A DNA stretch of 32,000 bases, taken from the NCBI RefSeq assembly GCF_000007985.2, contig NC_002939.5, forward strand, positions 1,230,001 through 1,262,000. The letters run 5' to 3'. Position 1 is the first letter of the stretch; the number at the start of each line of letters is the position of its first letter. Positions 1-8,995 of this stretch are shown here, piece after piece. Source of the stretch: Geobacter sulfurreducens PCA (lineage in GTDB: Bacteria; Desulfobacterota; Desulfuromonadia; Geobacterales; Geobacteraceae). The notes under the pieces were generated by a model, which was not told the DNA's origin, did no database searches, and was given only the letters and a program-made list of their open reading frames with translations. The translations under genes were made by a program, and so were the position numbers.

Positions 1-1910
1 GGGAAATAACGAAGTTTCGTGAAATGTTCCGCAAGGAGAACGACACCGTTGCATTGAAGGAGTTGGATGATGTGGAGGCTGCGTTTACCGCCTTTCACCT
101 CAGCGGCGTCAAGATGGCCAAGGTCTATATGGAGCAGGGAATTGGAGCGGGTAACCCTCTGATGAAAGAATTCGATAATGCCCACGAGGTACTGATCGAA
201 AAGGTCGAGAAGCTTCAAAAGAGCCAGGTGGATGAGGCTCTAGGCAATAGCCGCGACAATGTTGCCGCAGTCGGTAAGGTGACCATGGTCCTAATCGGAT
301 TCGGGATTGTAGCCGTTTTGATAGGCGTGGCCGTCGCGTTTTTCATTACCCGGAGCATTACGCTTCCGCTCGTCCGCGCCATGGAAGCCAGCAATCGCCT
401 TGCAGAGGGAGATTTGACCATTGAGATTGTTGCTGACCGCGAGGATGAGGCGGGGCAACTGCTGAAGTCCATGAAGAACATGATTGATTCCCTGCGGTCT
501 CTGGCTACAACGGCAGAGCGTGTGGCAGAAGGAGATCTGGCAGTCGAGGTTGTTGTCCGTTCAGATCGTGACGTTCTTGCCCGAAACCTCCACGGCATGC
601 TTGAGACGCTCAAAGGGCTGCGTCAGGAAACAGATGAACTTATCGGTGCGGTTCGTGACGGCAGGTTAAGCGTGCGCGGCAATGCGCGAACCTTCAGTGG
701 AGGTTGGGGGGAGCTTCTGACCGGTATCAACCAGTTGGTGGACGCTTTTGTGCAGCCGATACAGGTTACTGCTACGGCGCTTAATCGTATCAGCCGCGGT
801 GATATACCGGAGAAGATAACGGCGGAATACAAAGGAGATTTCAACGAAATCAAGATCAATCTCAACAGTCTCATCGATGCTATGAATTCAATTACCGCCC
901 TCGCCCAAGAGCTCTCTGCCGGCAATCTGACAGTTGAGGTTAAAGAGCGGTCTGAGCGGGACGAGTTGATGAAGGCACTTGCGTCTATGGTGACCAAGCT
1001 GCGCGATGTGGTGGCGGATATCATGATAGCTGCCGACAACGTCACGTCAGGCAGTCAACAACTGTCGTCCACGTCCGAGGAGATGAGCCAGGGGGCCACC
1101 GAGCAGGCTGCTTCGGCAGAGGAGGCCTCGTCGAGCATGGAACAGATGTCGTCCAATATCCGCCAGAATGCGGATAATGCGGCGCAGACCGAGAGGATTG
1201 CCATCAAGTCTGCGGCGGACGCCATCGAGGGAGGGAAGGCGGTCGGCAATACCGTGTCAGCCATGAAGGAGATCGCATCGAAGATTTCCATCATTGAAGA
1301 GATTGCACGGCAGACTAACCTGCTGGCGCTCAATGCGGCGATCGAGGCGGCGCGTGCCGGCGAACACGGGAAAGGATTCGCCGTGGTGGCGAGTGAGGTA
1401 CGCAAGCTTGCTGAGAGAAGCCAGAAAGCAGCGGGCGAAATCAGTGAGCTCTCTTCTTCGAGCGTAGAGGTTGCAGTCAGGGCAGGCGAATTGCTTGCCA
1501 CCATCGTGCCCGATATTCAGCGAACCTCTGAACTGGTGCAGGAGATCAGCGCCGCCTGCCGTGAACAGGATACGGGTGCCGAGCAGATCAACAAGGCCAT
1601 CCAGCAGCTTGATCAGGTGATCCAGCAGAATGCCTCGGCGGCGGAGGAAATGTCGTCCACGGCTGAGGAGCTTTCGTCGCAGGCCGAGCAGCTTCAGGAC
1701 ACGGTCGCTTTCTTCAGTATTGGTGGAGAGATGAAACGTAAGATTGCGCCAAAGCCGTCTCGACCGAACGCCAAGGCGAGCATCAGGCTCCCTGCGGCTC
1801 CTCACGGCACGGCCAACGGTTATGGCCGAACGAGTGCTTCTGTTACCGGCGGCTTTGCCCTGGATATGGCAGGCCACGATCATCTGGACAACGAGTTCGA
1901 AAAATTCTGA
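1..1910 (+). CDS. Methyl-accepting chemotaxis protein, 5'-truncated by the window edge, with a poly-HAMP array and MCP signalling domain
   Basis: The reading frame is open back to nt 3 with no upstream stop. The product starts inside a helical sensor segment. It then has one TM ([23 protein letters not shown]) and five consecutive HAMP-like units ([45 protein letters not shown]). The MCP hairpin tip is present: [46 protein letters not shown] methylation-type pairs are present and the protein ends ...DNEFEKF. Confidence 0.9.
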   Translation, partial: EITKFREMFRKENDTVALKELDDVEAAFTAFHLSGVKMAKVYMEQGIGAGNPLMKEFDNAHEVLIEKVEKLQKSQVDEALGNSRDNVAAVGKVTMVLIGFGIVAVLIGVAVAFFITRSITLPLVRAMEASNRLAEGDLTIEIVADREDEAGQLLKSMKNMIDSLRSLATTAERVAEGDLAVEVVVRSDRDVLARNLHGMLETLKGLRQETDELIGAVRDGRLSVRGNARTFSGGWGELLTGINQLVDAFVQPIQVTATALNRISRGDIPEKITAEYKGDFNEIKINLNSLIDAMNSITALAQELSAGNLTVEVKERSERDELMKALASMVTKLRDVVADIMIAADNVTSGSQQLSSTSEEMSQGATEQAASAEEASSSMEQMSSNIRQNADNAAQTERIAIKSAADAIEGGKAVGNTVSAMKEIASKISIIEEIARQTNLLALNAAIEAARAGEHGKGFAVVASEVRKLAERSQKAAGEISELSSSSVEVAVRAGELLATIVPDIQRTSELVQEISAACREQDTGAEQINKAIQQLDQVIQQNASAAEEMSSTAEELSSQAEQLQDTVAFFSIGGEMKRKIAPKPSRPNAKASIRLPAAPHGTANGYGRTSASVTGGFALDMAGHDHLDNEFEKF

Positions 1911-1995
1911 GTGATTGACGTAGGCATGTGTTGGCGGCTCAGCGAGTCGCTTTCGTGACCGGCACTCATTATGAGAGACAAGGAGGAGCTATCCG

Positions 1996-3585
1996 ATGCC
2001 GAGAGTGCTCAGCCTCTGGCAGCGTTATCTCGATCTCTCCGTCAATGCCAAATTGATGCTGTATGTGGCCTGCTTCACCGTCTGGCTCATTTTGGTGGGG
2101 GCGGCCGGGTTGTGGGGCATGGGAGTGTTGAGCACCGGCATCAACCGCGACGGGCTTGCATTGCGGCGTGTGCTTCTGGTGTCCGGGCTCAAGAACGATT
2201 TGCTCTACTTGCGCCACGACCTTGATCGCTATTTTCTCGAAAATGGAAATGCCGCGAGCCGTGCCATACACGATGCCGAACAACGGCTCAAAACCATTGC
2301 TGGTGGCATAGAGGCACTTGAACGTCACGAGCCCGACGCGGAGCAGCGCAGGCTCCTGGGGGTCTTCGCGCAAGAGTTTGCACTGTATCGCGAAGCAGTA
2401 GTGCGGCTTATTGACCTGCAAAAGCGAGCCCTTGAGACGGGAGATGTCACTGTGCGGTCAGCGGCGGCCTCCTATGCCCGAGAGGATATTCTGCCCCTCT
2501 TTTTCGGGGCTTCCGATGCGGTAACCGATCTGGTGGAGTTTGATCGCCAGCAGGCCTTGCAGACCGTAGATGCGAACGGCCTGCAGTATGCCCGGCTTTC
2601 ACGGGTTCTACCGGCACTGATCGTGGCAGCTGTTACACTGGGGCTTTTTTTCGGGATTGTCATTGCCCGTTCCATTACCAAGCCTCTCGCGCGTATTCTC
2701 GCTGCGGTCGAATCTCTTGCCACCGGCAACCTGAACGTGGATGCTCCCGTTGGTGCGCGAGACGATCTTGGCCGGTTGGCCGTGGGAATCAATGCCATGG
2801 TTGGGCGGTTCCGGGACGTTGTGACGTCGATATGCAGAGATAGCGAGGCTGTGGCCGGAGCTGCATCCCAGCTGTCGGGAACCGCCTGCCAGTTGTCCGA
2901 GGCCGCCACAGAGCAGGCTGCCGCTGCGGAAGATGCGTCGTCGAGCATGGAACAGATAAGCTCCGCCATCCGGGCGAATGTCCAGAACGCCCAAACAACG
3001 GCAGATGTTGCCAACCGGAGTTCCATCGATGCTGCCGCGGGGGGGGAAACGGTGACGGAAACCGTGGCGTTGATGAAGGAGATCTCCAGAAAGATCATGG
3101 TGATTGAGGAGATAGCTCGTCAAACCAATCTGCTGGCGCTCAACGCCGCCATTGAGGCGGCACGGGCCGGTGACCACGGGAAGGGGTTTGCCGTGGTTGC
3201 CGGTGAAGTCCGTAAACTGGCGGAGCGGAGCCAGTCGGCCGCGGCCGAGATCGGCCGGCTTTCGGTAACGAGCGTCGAGGTGGCTGAGCGGGCAGGCACC
3301 CTGTTCGGCGCCATTATTCCCGATATCCGCCAGACGGCTGAGCTTGTCCAGGGAATCAGCTCCGCCTGCCACGAGCAGGAAACCGGCGTTGGCCAGATCA
3401 ATCGGGCCATACGTCAGCTAGATGCCGTGATTCAGCAGAATGCTTCGGCTTCCGAGCAGATGGCGTCGACGGCGCAGGAATTGTCATCTCAGGCGGACAT
3501 GCTGCTTGATGCCGTCAGTTTCTTTCGACTGGGTGAGACTAACCGGTATCAGGAATCCCGTAGCGAACTATCGGGAATTTCCTGA
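1996..3585 (+). CDS. Methyl-accepting chemotaxis protein (two TM, periplasmic helical sensor, single HAMP, MCP signalling domain)
   Basis: AGGAGG at 1981-1986 lies 9 nt before ATG 1996. TM1 is [23 protein letters not shown], followed by a periplasmic helical region of about 170 aa. TM2 is [20 protein letters not shown], followed by a HAMP ([11 protein letters not shown]...TGNLNVDAP...[12 protein letters not shown]). The tip motif [42 protein letters not shown] is present. Confidence 0.92.
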   Translation: MPRVLSLWQRYLDLSVNAKLMLYVACFTVWLILVGAAGLWGMGVLSTGINRDGLALRRVLLVSGLKNDLLYLRHDLDRYFLENGNAASRAIHDAEQRLKTIAGGIEALERHEPDAEQRRLLGVFAQEFALYREAVVRLIDLQKRALETGDVTVRSAAASYAREDILPLFFGASDAVTDLVEFDRQQALQTVDANGLQYARLSRVLPALIVAAVTLGLFFGIVIARSITKPLARILAAVESLATGNLNVDAPVGARDDLGRLAVGINAMVGRFRDVVTSICRDSEAVAGAASQLSGTACQLSEAATEQAAAAEDASSSMEQISSAIRANVQNAQTTADVANRSSIDAAAGGETVTETVALMKEISRKIMVIEEIARQTNLLALNAAIEAARAGDHGKGFAVVAGEVRKLAERSQSAAAEIGRLSVTSVEVAERAGTLFGAIIPDIRQTAELVQGISSACHEQETGVGQINRAIRQLDAVIQQNASASEQMASTAQELSSQADMLLDAVSFFRLGETNRYQESRSELSGIS

Positions 3586-3723
3586 GAAGCCTAAAGATTT
3601 CCGATTATTCGCCGATATCACAACCAAGCGATATCCACCGGCCCGAGACTCTTTCGTCGGGAGAGCATATCTGCTGTTCCCGCCCAGGGAGCTTGTGCCA
3701 TCCATGCGTTACGGAGGGTTACC

Positions 3724-4218
3724 ATGAGCGTTACTACAATCACCGAAACCAGGCAGTATCTTACCTTCAAGCTTGACGATGAGGTGTTTGCCGTTGACGT
3801 GGCAAAGGTTCGGGAGATCCTTGAGCTTACCTCCATTACCAAGGTACCGCAGACTCCTCAGTTCATGCGCGGTGTGATCAACCTGCGGGGAAGCGTGGTG
3901 CCGGTTGTTGACCTGAGGCTCAAATTCGGCATGTCCGAGACTGCGCCGACCGTCGATACCTGCATCATCGTTGTTGAAGTGGCCCATGAGCACGAGACGC
4001 TCGTCCTCGGCGCCCTGGCCGACTCAGTGCAGGAAGTTTTCGAAATGGAGCCGGGGCAGGTCGAGCCTGCCCCCCGGATCGGAACCAAGCTCAATACCGA
4101 TTTCATCCTCGGTATGGGAAAACACGATGGACAGTTCATCATGATCCTTGATATCGATCGGACTTTCACCAGCGACGAACTTGCAACTGCCGGTTCGGTG
4201 TCGGGCGAAGCGGCCTAA
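3724..4218 (+). CDS. cheW: Chemotaxis coupling protein CheW
   Basis: 164 aa, single-domain. It has the CheW-like pattern QYLTFKLDDEVFAVDVAKVREILE...VPQTPQFMRGVINLRGSVVPVVDLRLKFG...FIMILDIDR. A GGAGGG Shine-Dalgarno lies just upstream, and the gene sits in an mcp/cheR/cheD/cheB context. Confidence 0.9.
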   Translation: MSVTTITETRQYLTFKLDDEVFAVDVAKVREILELTSITKVPQTPQFMRGVINLRGSVVPVVDLRLKFGMSETAPTVDTCIIVVEVAHEHETLVLGALADSVQEVFEMEPGQVEPAPRIGTKLNTDFILGMGKHDGQFIMILDIDRTFTSDELATAGSVSGEAA

Positions 4219-4236
4219 AAACCGGGTTTCCGGATC

Positions 4237-5115
4237 ATGGATGGAGGGGGGATGTTCAGCGCTGCAACTGACAGGATTACCACGGCGGCTATGACCGACC
4301 GGGAGTTTGCCCGATTCAGCGAGTTTATCTATGACACCTGCGGCATTAAGATGCCGCCGGTCAAAAAGACTATGCTGGAGGCCCGGCTCCAGAAGCGGTT
4401 GCGCAAGCTGGGGATCAGCTCGTTCAAGGACTACTCGGAGTATCTGTTTAGCCGCACCGGTACCGAGACAGAGCTCGTCCATCTGATCGATGTCGTAACC
4501 ACCAACAAGACGGATTTTTTTCGCGAACCTGCCCATTTCGACTATCTGGTCTCCCAAGCCCTGCCCGAACTCATGGAGCGAACCGGCGCCGGCCTGCGCA
4601 AGCCGCTTTCCATCTGGAGCGCCGGCTGTTCCAGCGGCGAAGAGCCCTATACTCTCGCGATGGTTCTCTCGGAGTTCAGTGAGCAGCAGAATATTTCCTT
4701 TTCGATCCTCGCCACCGATATCTGTACCACCGTTCTCGACAAGGCCAGACTCGCCGTGTATGACGAAGAGCGGATCGATCCGGTTCCCATGTCGCTGCGT
4801 CGCAAATACCTGCTCCGTGGGAAAGGAGAGCAGAAGGGACTGGTACGGGTCGTACCCCAGCTCCGCCATCGCATCACGTTCCGGCGCCTCAATTTCATGG
4901 ACGGCGACTTCGGTATGCGGGAGCCGATGGACATCATTTTCTGCCGCAATGTGGTCATCTATTTCGACAAGGCGACGCAGGAGCGGCTGCTTAACAAGTT
5001 CTACCGCCAGCTGATCCCGGGCGGCTATCTGTTCATGGGGCATTCCGAGACCCTTTCGGGGCTGGATGTCCCCTTTGTGCAGATGGCATCCACCGTGTAC
5101 CGGAAACCGCTATGA
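4237..5115 (+). CDS. cheR: Chemotaxis protein methyltransferase CheR
   Basis: N-terminal helical domain (TDREFARFSEFIYDTCGIKM). SAM-methyltransferase motifs are present: TNKTDFFREPAHFDYL, IWSAGCSSGEEPYTLAM, DIIFCRNVVIYFD, GGYLFMGHSE. The start is uncertain: ATG 4252, preceded by GGAGGGGGG, or ATG 4291 are alternatives. Confidence 0.9.
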   Translation: MDGGGMFSAATDRITTAAMTDREFARFSEFIYDTCGIKMPPVKKTMLEARLQKRLRKLGISSFKDYSEYLFSRTGTETELVHLIDVVTTNKTDFFREPAHFDYLVSQALPELMERTGAGLRKPLSIWSAGCSSGEEPYTLAMVLSEFSEQQNISFSILATDICTTVLDKARLAVYDEERIDPVPMSLRRKYLLRGKGEQKGLVRVVPQLRHRITFRRLNFMDGDFGMREPMDIIFCRNVVIYFDKATQERLLNKFYRQLIPGGYLFMGHSETLSGLDVPFVQMASTVYRKPL

Positions 5116-5594
5116 CCGCCCGGCATCCCAAGCTGCCCCATGTCTACCTGAAGCCGGGAGAGTTCCATTTCGCCACGAAGCCGACTGTGGTAACTACCGT
5201 GCTGGGGTCCTGTGTTTCGGTCACGATGTTCGATGTATTCTCCCGTACGGCGGCCATCTGTCATGCGCTGTTGCCTGACGGACCGCGGGATGATGTCTTT
5301 CGGTACGTTGACTCGTCTATCATCCGAATGCTGGAGATGTTCATGTCACGCGGAATAACCCCGCGCCAGCTCCAAGTGAAATTGTTCGGCGGTTCGGATA
5401 TGCTGGGGGCGACCGCAAGCCGGCCGGGTGTCGGCAGCCGCAACGTGGACATTGCCCGACAGGTACTTGCGGCCGAAGGACTTGAGGTTGCTGCGGCAGA
5501 TGTGGGAGGAACCCGGGGCCGCAAGCTCTTCTTCTATACCCATACGGGTGAGGTGCTGCTCAAACGGTTGAACCGCACCGAGGCGGACAGTTGA
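5112..5594 (+). CDS. cheD: Chemoreceptor glutamine deamidase CheD
   Basis: 160 aa with CheD-type motifs [12 protein letters not shown] (Cys nucleophile) and AICHALLP (His). Its start codon overlaps the cheR stop (ATGA at 5112-5115), which implies translational coupling. Confidence 0.85.
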
Positions 5595-5622
5595 GCCGAA
5601 AAAGGCCGGGGTGGGCGGATTC

Positions 5623-6687
5623 ATGAAGAAAATCAAAGTACTGATTGTTGATGATTCAGCAGTGGTGCGTCAGACCATGGCGGATATTCTCGCCTCGGAT
5701 CCTCAGATCGAGGTAATGGCCACGGCTGCGGATCCCTTTATCGCAGCGGAGCGGATGAAGAGCGACGTGCCGGACGTCATTACCCTGGATGTGGAGATGC
5801 CGCGCATGGACGGCATCACCTTCCTCCAGAAGATAATGAGCCAGCATCCGATTCCAGTGGTCATGTGCTCCACGCTGACCGAGAATGGCTCTGAAACGGC
5901 CATGAAAGCCCTTGAGTACGGGGCGGTGGAGATCATCCAGAAACCGAAACTCGGCACAAAGCAGTTTCTCGAGGAGTCCCGGGTCAGGATCTGCGATGCT
6001 ATCAAGGCTGCCAGCCAGGCGAGGCTGAGAAAGATACCAGCCCGTCCCCACGCCGTTGCCCCAAAGCTCAGTGCCGACGTTATTCTTGAGAAGCCGGCCT
6101 CCCGCGCCATGATCCAGACTACGGAGAGAGTTGTGGTGGTGGGGGCCTCCACTGGCGGTACCGAGGCATTGCGCGTCTTCCTGGAGTCTTTTCCCGCCGA
6201 TTGTCCGCCCATCGTCATTGTTCAGCACATGCCCGAAGGGTTCACCCGGGCCTTTGCCCAGAGGCTCGACGGTATCTGTCGCATCTCGGTCAAGGAGGCC
6301 GCCGATAATGATTCGGTGATCCGCGGCAGAGCCCTCATCGCCCCGGGCAACCGGCACATGCTCCTCAAGCGGAGCGGCGCCCGGTACTATGTAGAGATAA
6401 AGGACGGACCACTCGTTTCCCGCCATCGCCCCTCGGTGGATGTTCTGTTCCGTTCGGCGGCCCGGTATGCCGGCAAGAACGCTGTGGGAGTCATTATGAC
6501 CGGCATGGGAGACGACGGCGCCAGCGGCATGCGCGAGATGAAGGATGCCGGTGCCATGACCATTGCCCAGGACGAAGCGAGCTGCGTGGTGTTCGGCATG
6601 CCCAACGAAGCCATCAAACGCGGTGGTACGGTCAAGGTGCTGCCTTTGGAATCCATTGCTGCGGACGTTATCCGGCACTGTAGTTGA
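5623..6687 (+). CDS. cheB: Protein-glutamate methylesterase/glutaminase CheB (REC plus methylesterase domains)
   Basis: The receiver domain starts [12 protein letters not shown] with phospho-acceptor context [15 protein letters not shown]. The C-terminal esterase domain carries [10 protein letters not shown] (Ser), VQHMPEGF (His) and MTGMGDDGA (Asp). I prefer ATG 5623 over the track's GTG 5611 because the REC domain starts immediately after it. Confidence 0.92.
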
Positions 6688-6772
6688 ATTGGGAGTAACG
6701 AGCAGATAGTGTGAGCGCGTTTCCTGTCGGAGAGCTACGCATTTCTGGACAAAGCCGGTCGGTAGATTATTA

Positions 6773-6781
6773 TGTGATAAT
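6773..6781 (+). promoter_or_regulatory. Possible extended -10 promoter element (TGTGATAAT) upstream of the first substrate-binding-protein gene
   Basis: TGnGATAAT lies in an AT-rich patch of the cheB-SBP intergenic region, about 58 nt upstream of ATG 6839. There is no convincing -35 element. Confidence 0.3.
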
Positions 6782-6838
6782 GATTCCGACTCGCCCAGAT
6801 AGCAGGTGACTCCTTTACCGACACGCGCGAGGTCCATC

Positions 6839-7900
6839 ATGCAGTGGTTTGCCGTTGTTATGCTCTTCTTTCTGCTCTGTTCTTCGGCTTGGCCTACGGA
6901 GCGTGTAGCCGGCTCCCCAGGCGATACCACGGTCGTGTCATTCGCCTACTTCCCGCAAGCGGTGCCCGTCGCGGTGCTGGGAGAGGTGATCAAGCGGGAC
7001 CGCCTGCTGGCAAAGGCTCTGCACAGGCTCAATACGGAGATTCGTTTTCAGACCCTTGCCAAAGGAAGCGATGCGCTTCCGCTTCTCAGGGCCGGGCAGA
7101 TCGACGGCGTCATGTTTTCCGACCTTCCTACCATTGAGGCGTGCTACCAGTCCAAGCTCCACATCGTGGGGATCGTGAAGCAGAGCTATTCCGTTGTGGT
7201 GGGTCGCAAAGGGACCATGGTCAGCGATCTGCGCGGCAAACGGATCGGCAATGCGATCGGTTCGACCTCCCATTATGCGCTGATGCAGGCGCTTGCCACG
7301 GCCCGGTTAACGGAGCACGACGTTACCATCGTACCCATGGATGTGGACGCCATGCCCCAGGCCCTGGCCCAAGGCGGGATCGACGCGTTCGCCGCCTGGG
7401 AACCCATACCGACCGCGGCCCTTTCCCGCTATCCGGACCGTTTCGCCATTCTTTTCCGCCAGAAGAGCAATTCCTATTTCGTTCTTGCCCAGAATCTCGT
7501 CACGACCCATCCGGACATTGCCCGCGAGCTAGCCGCGTCGCTCGTTCGGGCAATTCACTGGCTGGAACGGGACCGGAAGAACCTGAGCCGCGCCAGTTTT
7601 TGGACGATCCGGACGATGAGGGAGTTCGCCGGCAAAGAGCCGTCTTTAACCGAAGCGGACATCGCACGCATTACCCGTAACGATCTGATCGATATCCCTT
7701 CCGTCCCGCTGCTGCCCAAAGGTGCGGAGAACCCGGGCTCTATTCTTGCCAAACAATTCGAATTCCTCAAGCTGGTTGGACGCCTTCCGGTTGGGGCATC
7801 GTGGGAAACGGTCCAGCGCAGCTTTAACCGTGATTTAATCCAGCAGGTTCTTGCCAATCCGAAGCGCTATCCCTTGTACCGCTTCGATTATGCAATGTGA
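6839..7900 (+). CDS. Periplasmic substrate-binding protein, NMT1/SsuA-TauA-like (NitT/TauT-type fold)
   Basis: GAGGT lies 6 nt before ATG 6839, which is in frame with the track's GTG 6806. Signal peptide is MQWFAVVMLFFLLCSSAWP. Family-like motifs are LRGKRIGNAIGSTSHYAL, IDAFAAWEPIPT and HP(D)IARELAASLVRA. It is a paralog of the next ORF; both end in RFDYA. Confidence 0.75.
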   Translation: MQWFAVVMLFFLLCSSAWPTERVAGSPGDTTVVSFAYFPQAVPVAVLGEVIKRDRLLAKALHRLNTEIRFQTLAKGSDALPLLRAGQIDGVMFSDLPTIEACYQSKLHIVGIVKQSYSVVVGRKGTMVSDLRGKRIGNAIGSTSHYALMQALATARLTEHDVTIVPMDVDAMPQALAQGGIDAFAAWEPIPTAALSRYPDRFAILFRQKSNSYFVLAQNLVTTHPDIARELAASLVRAIHWLERDRKNLSRASFWTIRTMREFAGKEPSLTEADIARITRNDLIDIPSVPLLPKGAENPGSILAKQFEFLKLVGRLPVGASWETVQRSFNRDLIQQVLANPKRYPLYRFDYAM

Positions 7901-7909
7901 AAGGCTGCC

Positions 7910-8995
7910 ATGAATCCACGACGACTCTCTGGGCTGCTCCTGGTATTCCTGCTGGTGATGTCGGCCTTTTGCCTCTGCTCGACCGGCCCTGTCGCAGCGG
8001 CCGAGCTTTCCCGCGGCCCGCAGGCGGAAGTTACCGTGGCTTACCAGCCGCTGGCCTCGCCGGGGGGGATAATCGTCCAGGCAATGCAGCACGATCGCAT
8101 CTTGCGACGCGAACTGGCCCGGAGGGGGATGTCGCTCCGATTCGTCGCCGCCGGCAAGGGGGGCGATGTCATTCCCATGCTCCAGAAGGGGGATGCCCAC
8201 TTTGCAACCATGGCCGATATGCCTCTTATCGAGGCGGTCAACGTCGTCCCCCTGTCCATTATCGGTCAGCTCAAACGGAATTACGCCATGGTTGTGGGCC
8301 CTCGCGGGCTGTCGGCGAAAGACTTGAAGGGAAAGCGGATCGGGAACGCATTTGCGACGACCGGCCACTTCGCCCTGCTGAAGGTCCTCTCCAGCGCCGG
8401 CCTTTCGGAGCGCGATGTGGCTCTTGTTCCCCTTGATGTAAACCTGATGCCCGATGCGCTACGGAACGGCCACGTCGATGCGTTTGCCGCCTGGGAACCC
8501 ACCCCGTCACTTACCATCGGCAGGAACCCGGATCGCTACGGCGCCATCGGCCGGCAGCAAAGCATCTCGTTCCTTGTTTCCACAAGGGAGTTCACCGCTC
8601 AGCATCCCGAGGCTGCCAGGCAGGTCGCTGCCGCGCTGGTGCGGGCGATGCACTGGTTCAAAGTTGACCGGTCCCATGTCATTACTGCGGTCAGATGGAA
8701 CATCGCAGCAACTGAGGCATTGACCGGAGCCAAACCCCAAGTGGGCGAGCGGGAGTATGCAAAAAGCGCCAGAGCCGATCTGGAAGAGCTCGGCTATTCG
8801 CCCAAAATGTCCCGCTCTCTAACCAGTAAGCGATCCCTCCTTCTGGATGCGCAGGAGTTCCTCAAGTCAATCGGCAAGGTGCCCCGTGCCGCCGCTGAGG
8901 ATGCTCTCATCGGCAGTTTTACCTACGATATTGTCGAGGATGTGATGAAGAAGCCGACACAGTATTACCTCTCCCGCTTCGACTATGCGCCGTAA
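7910..8995 (+). CDS. Periplasmic substrate-binding protein, NMT1/SsuA-TauA-like (paralog of the preceding gene)
   Basis: Signal peptide is MNPRRLSGLLLVFLLVMSAFCLCSTGPVAAA. Motifs shared with the upstream paralog are LKGKRIGNAFATTGHFAL, VDAFAAWEPTPS, HPEAARQVAAALVRAMHW and the C-terminal YYLSRFDYAP. Confidence 0.75.
   Translation: MNPRRLSGLLLVFLLVMSAFCLCSTGPVAAAELSRGPQAEVTVAYQPLASPGGIIVQAMQHDRILRRELARRGMSLRFVAAGKGGDVIPMLQKGDAHFATMADMPLIEAVNVVPLSIIGQLKRNYAMVVGPRGLSAKDLKGKRIGNAFATTGHFALLKVLSSAGLSERDVALVPLDVNLMPDALRNGHVDAFAAWEPTPSLTIGRNPDRYGAIGRQQSISFLVSTREFTAQHPEAARQVAAALVRAMHWFKVDRSHVITAVRWNIAATEALTGAKPQVGEREYAKSARADLEELGYSPKMSRSLTSKRSLLLDAQEFLKSIGKVPRAAAEDALIGSFTYDIVEDVMKKPTQYYLSRFDYAP

Noticed and set aside
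6688-6838. Possible TPP (THI-box) riboswitch upstream of the NMT1/THI5-like binding-protein genes.
   Set aside because: I could not find the conserved CUGAGA element or the other THI-box elements in the 151-nt intergenic region.
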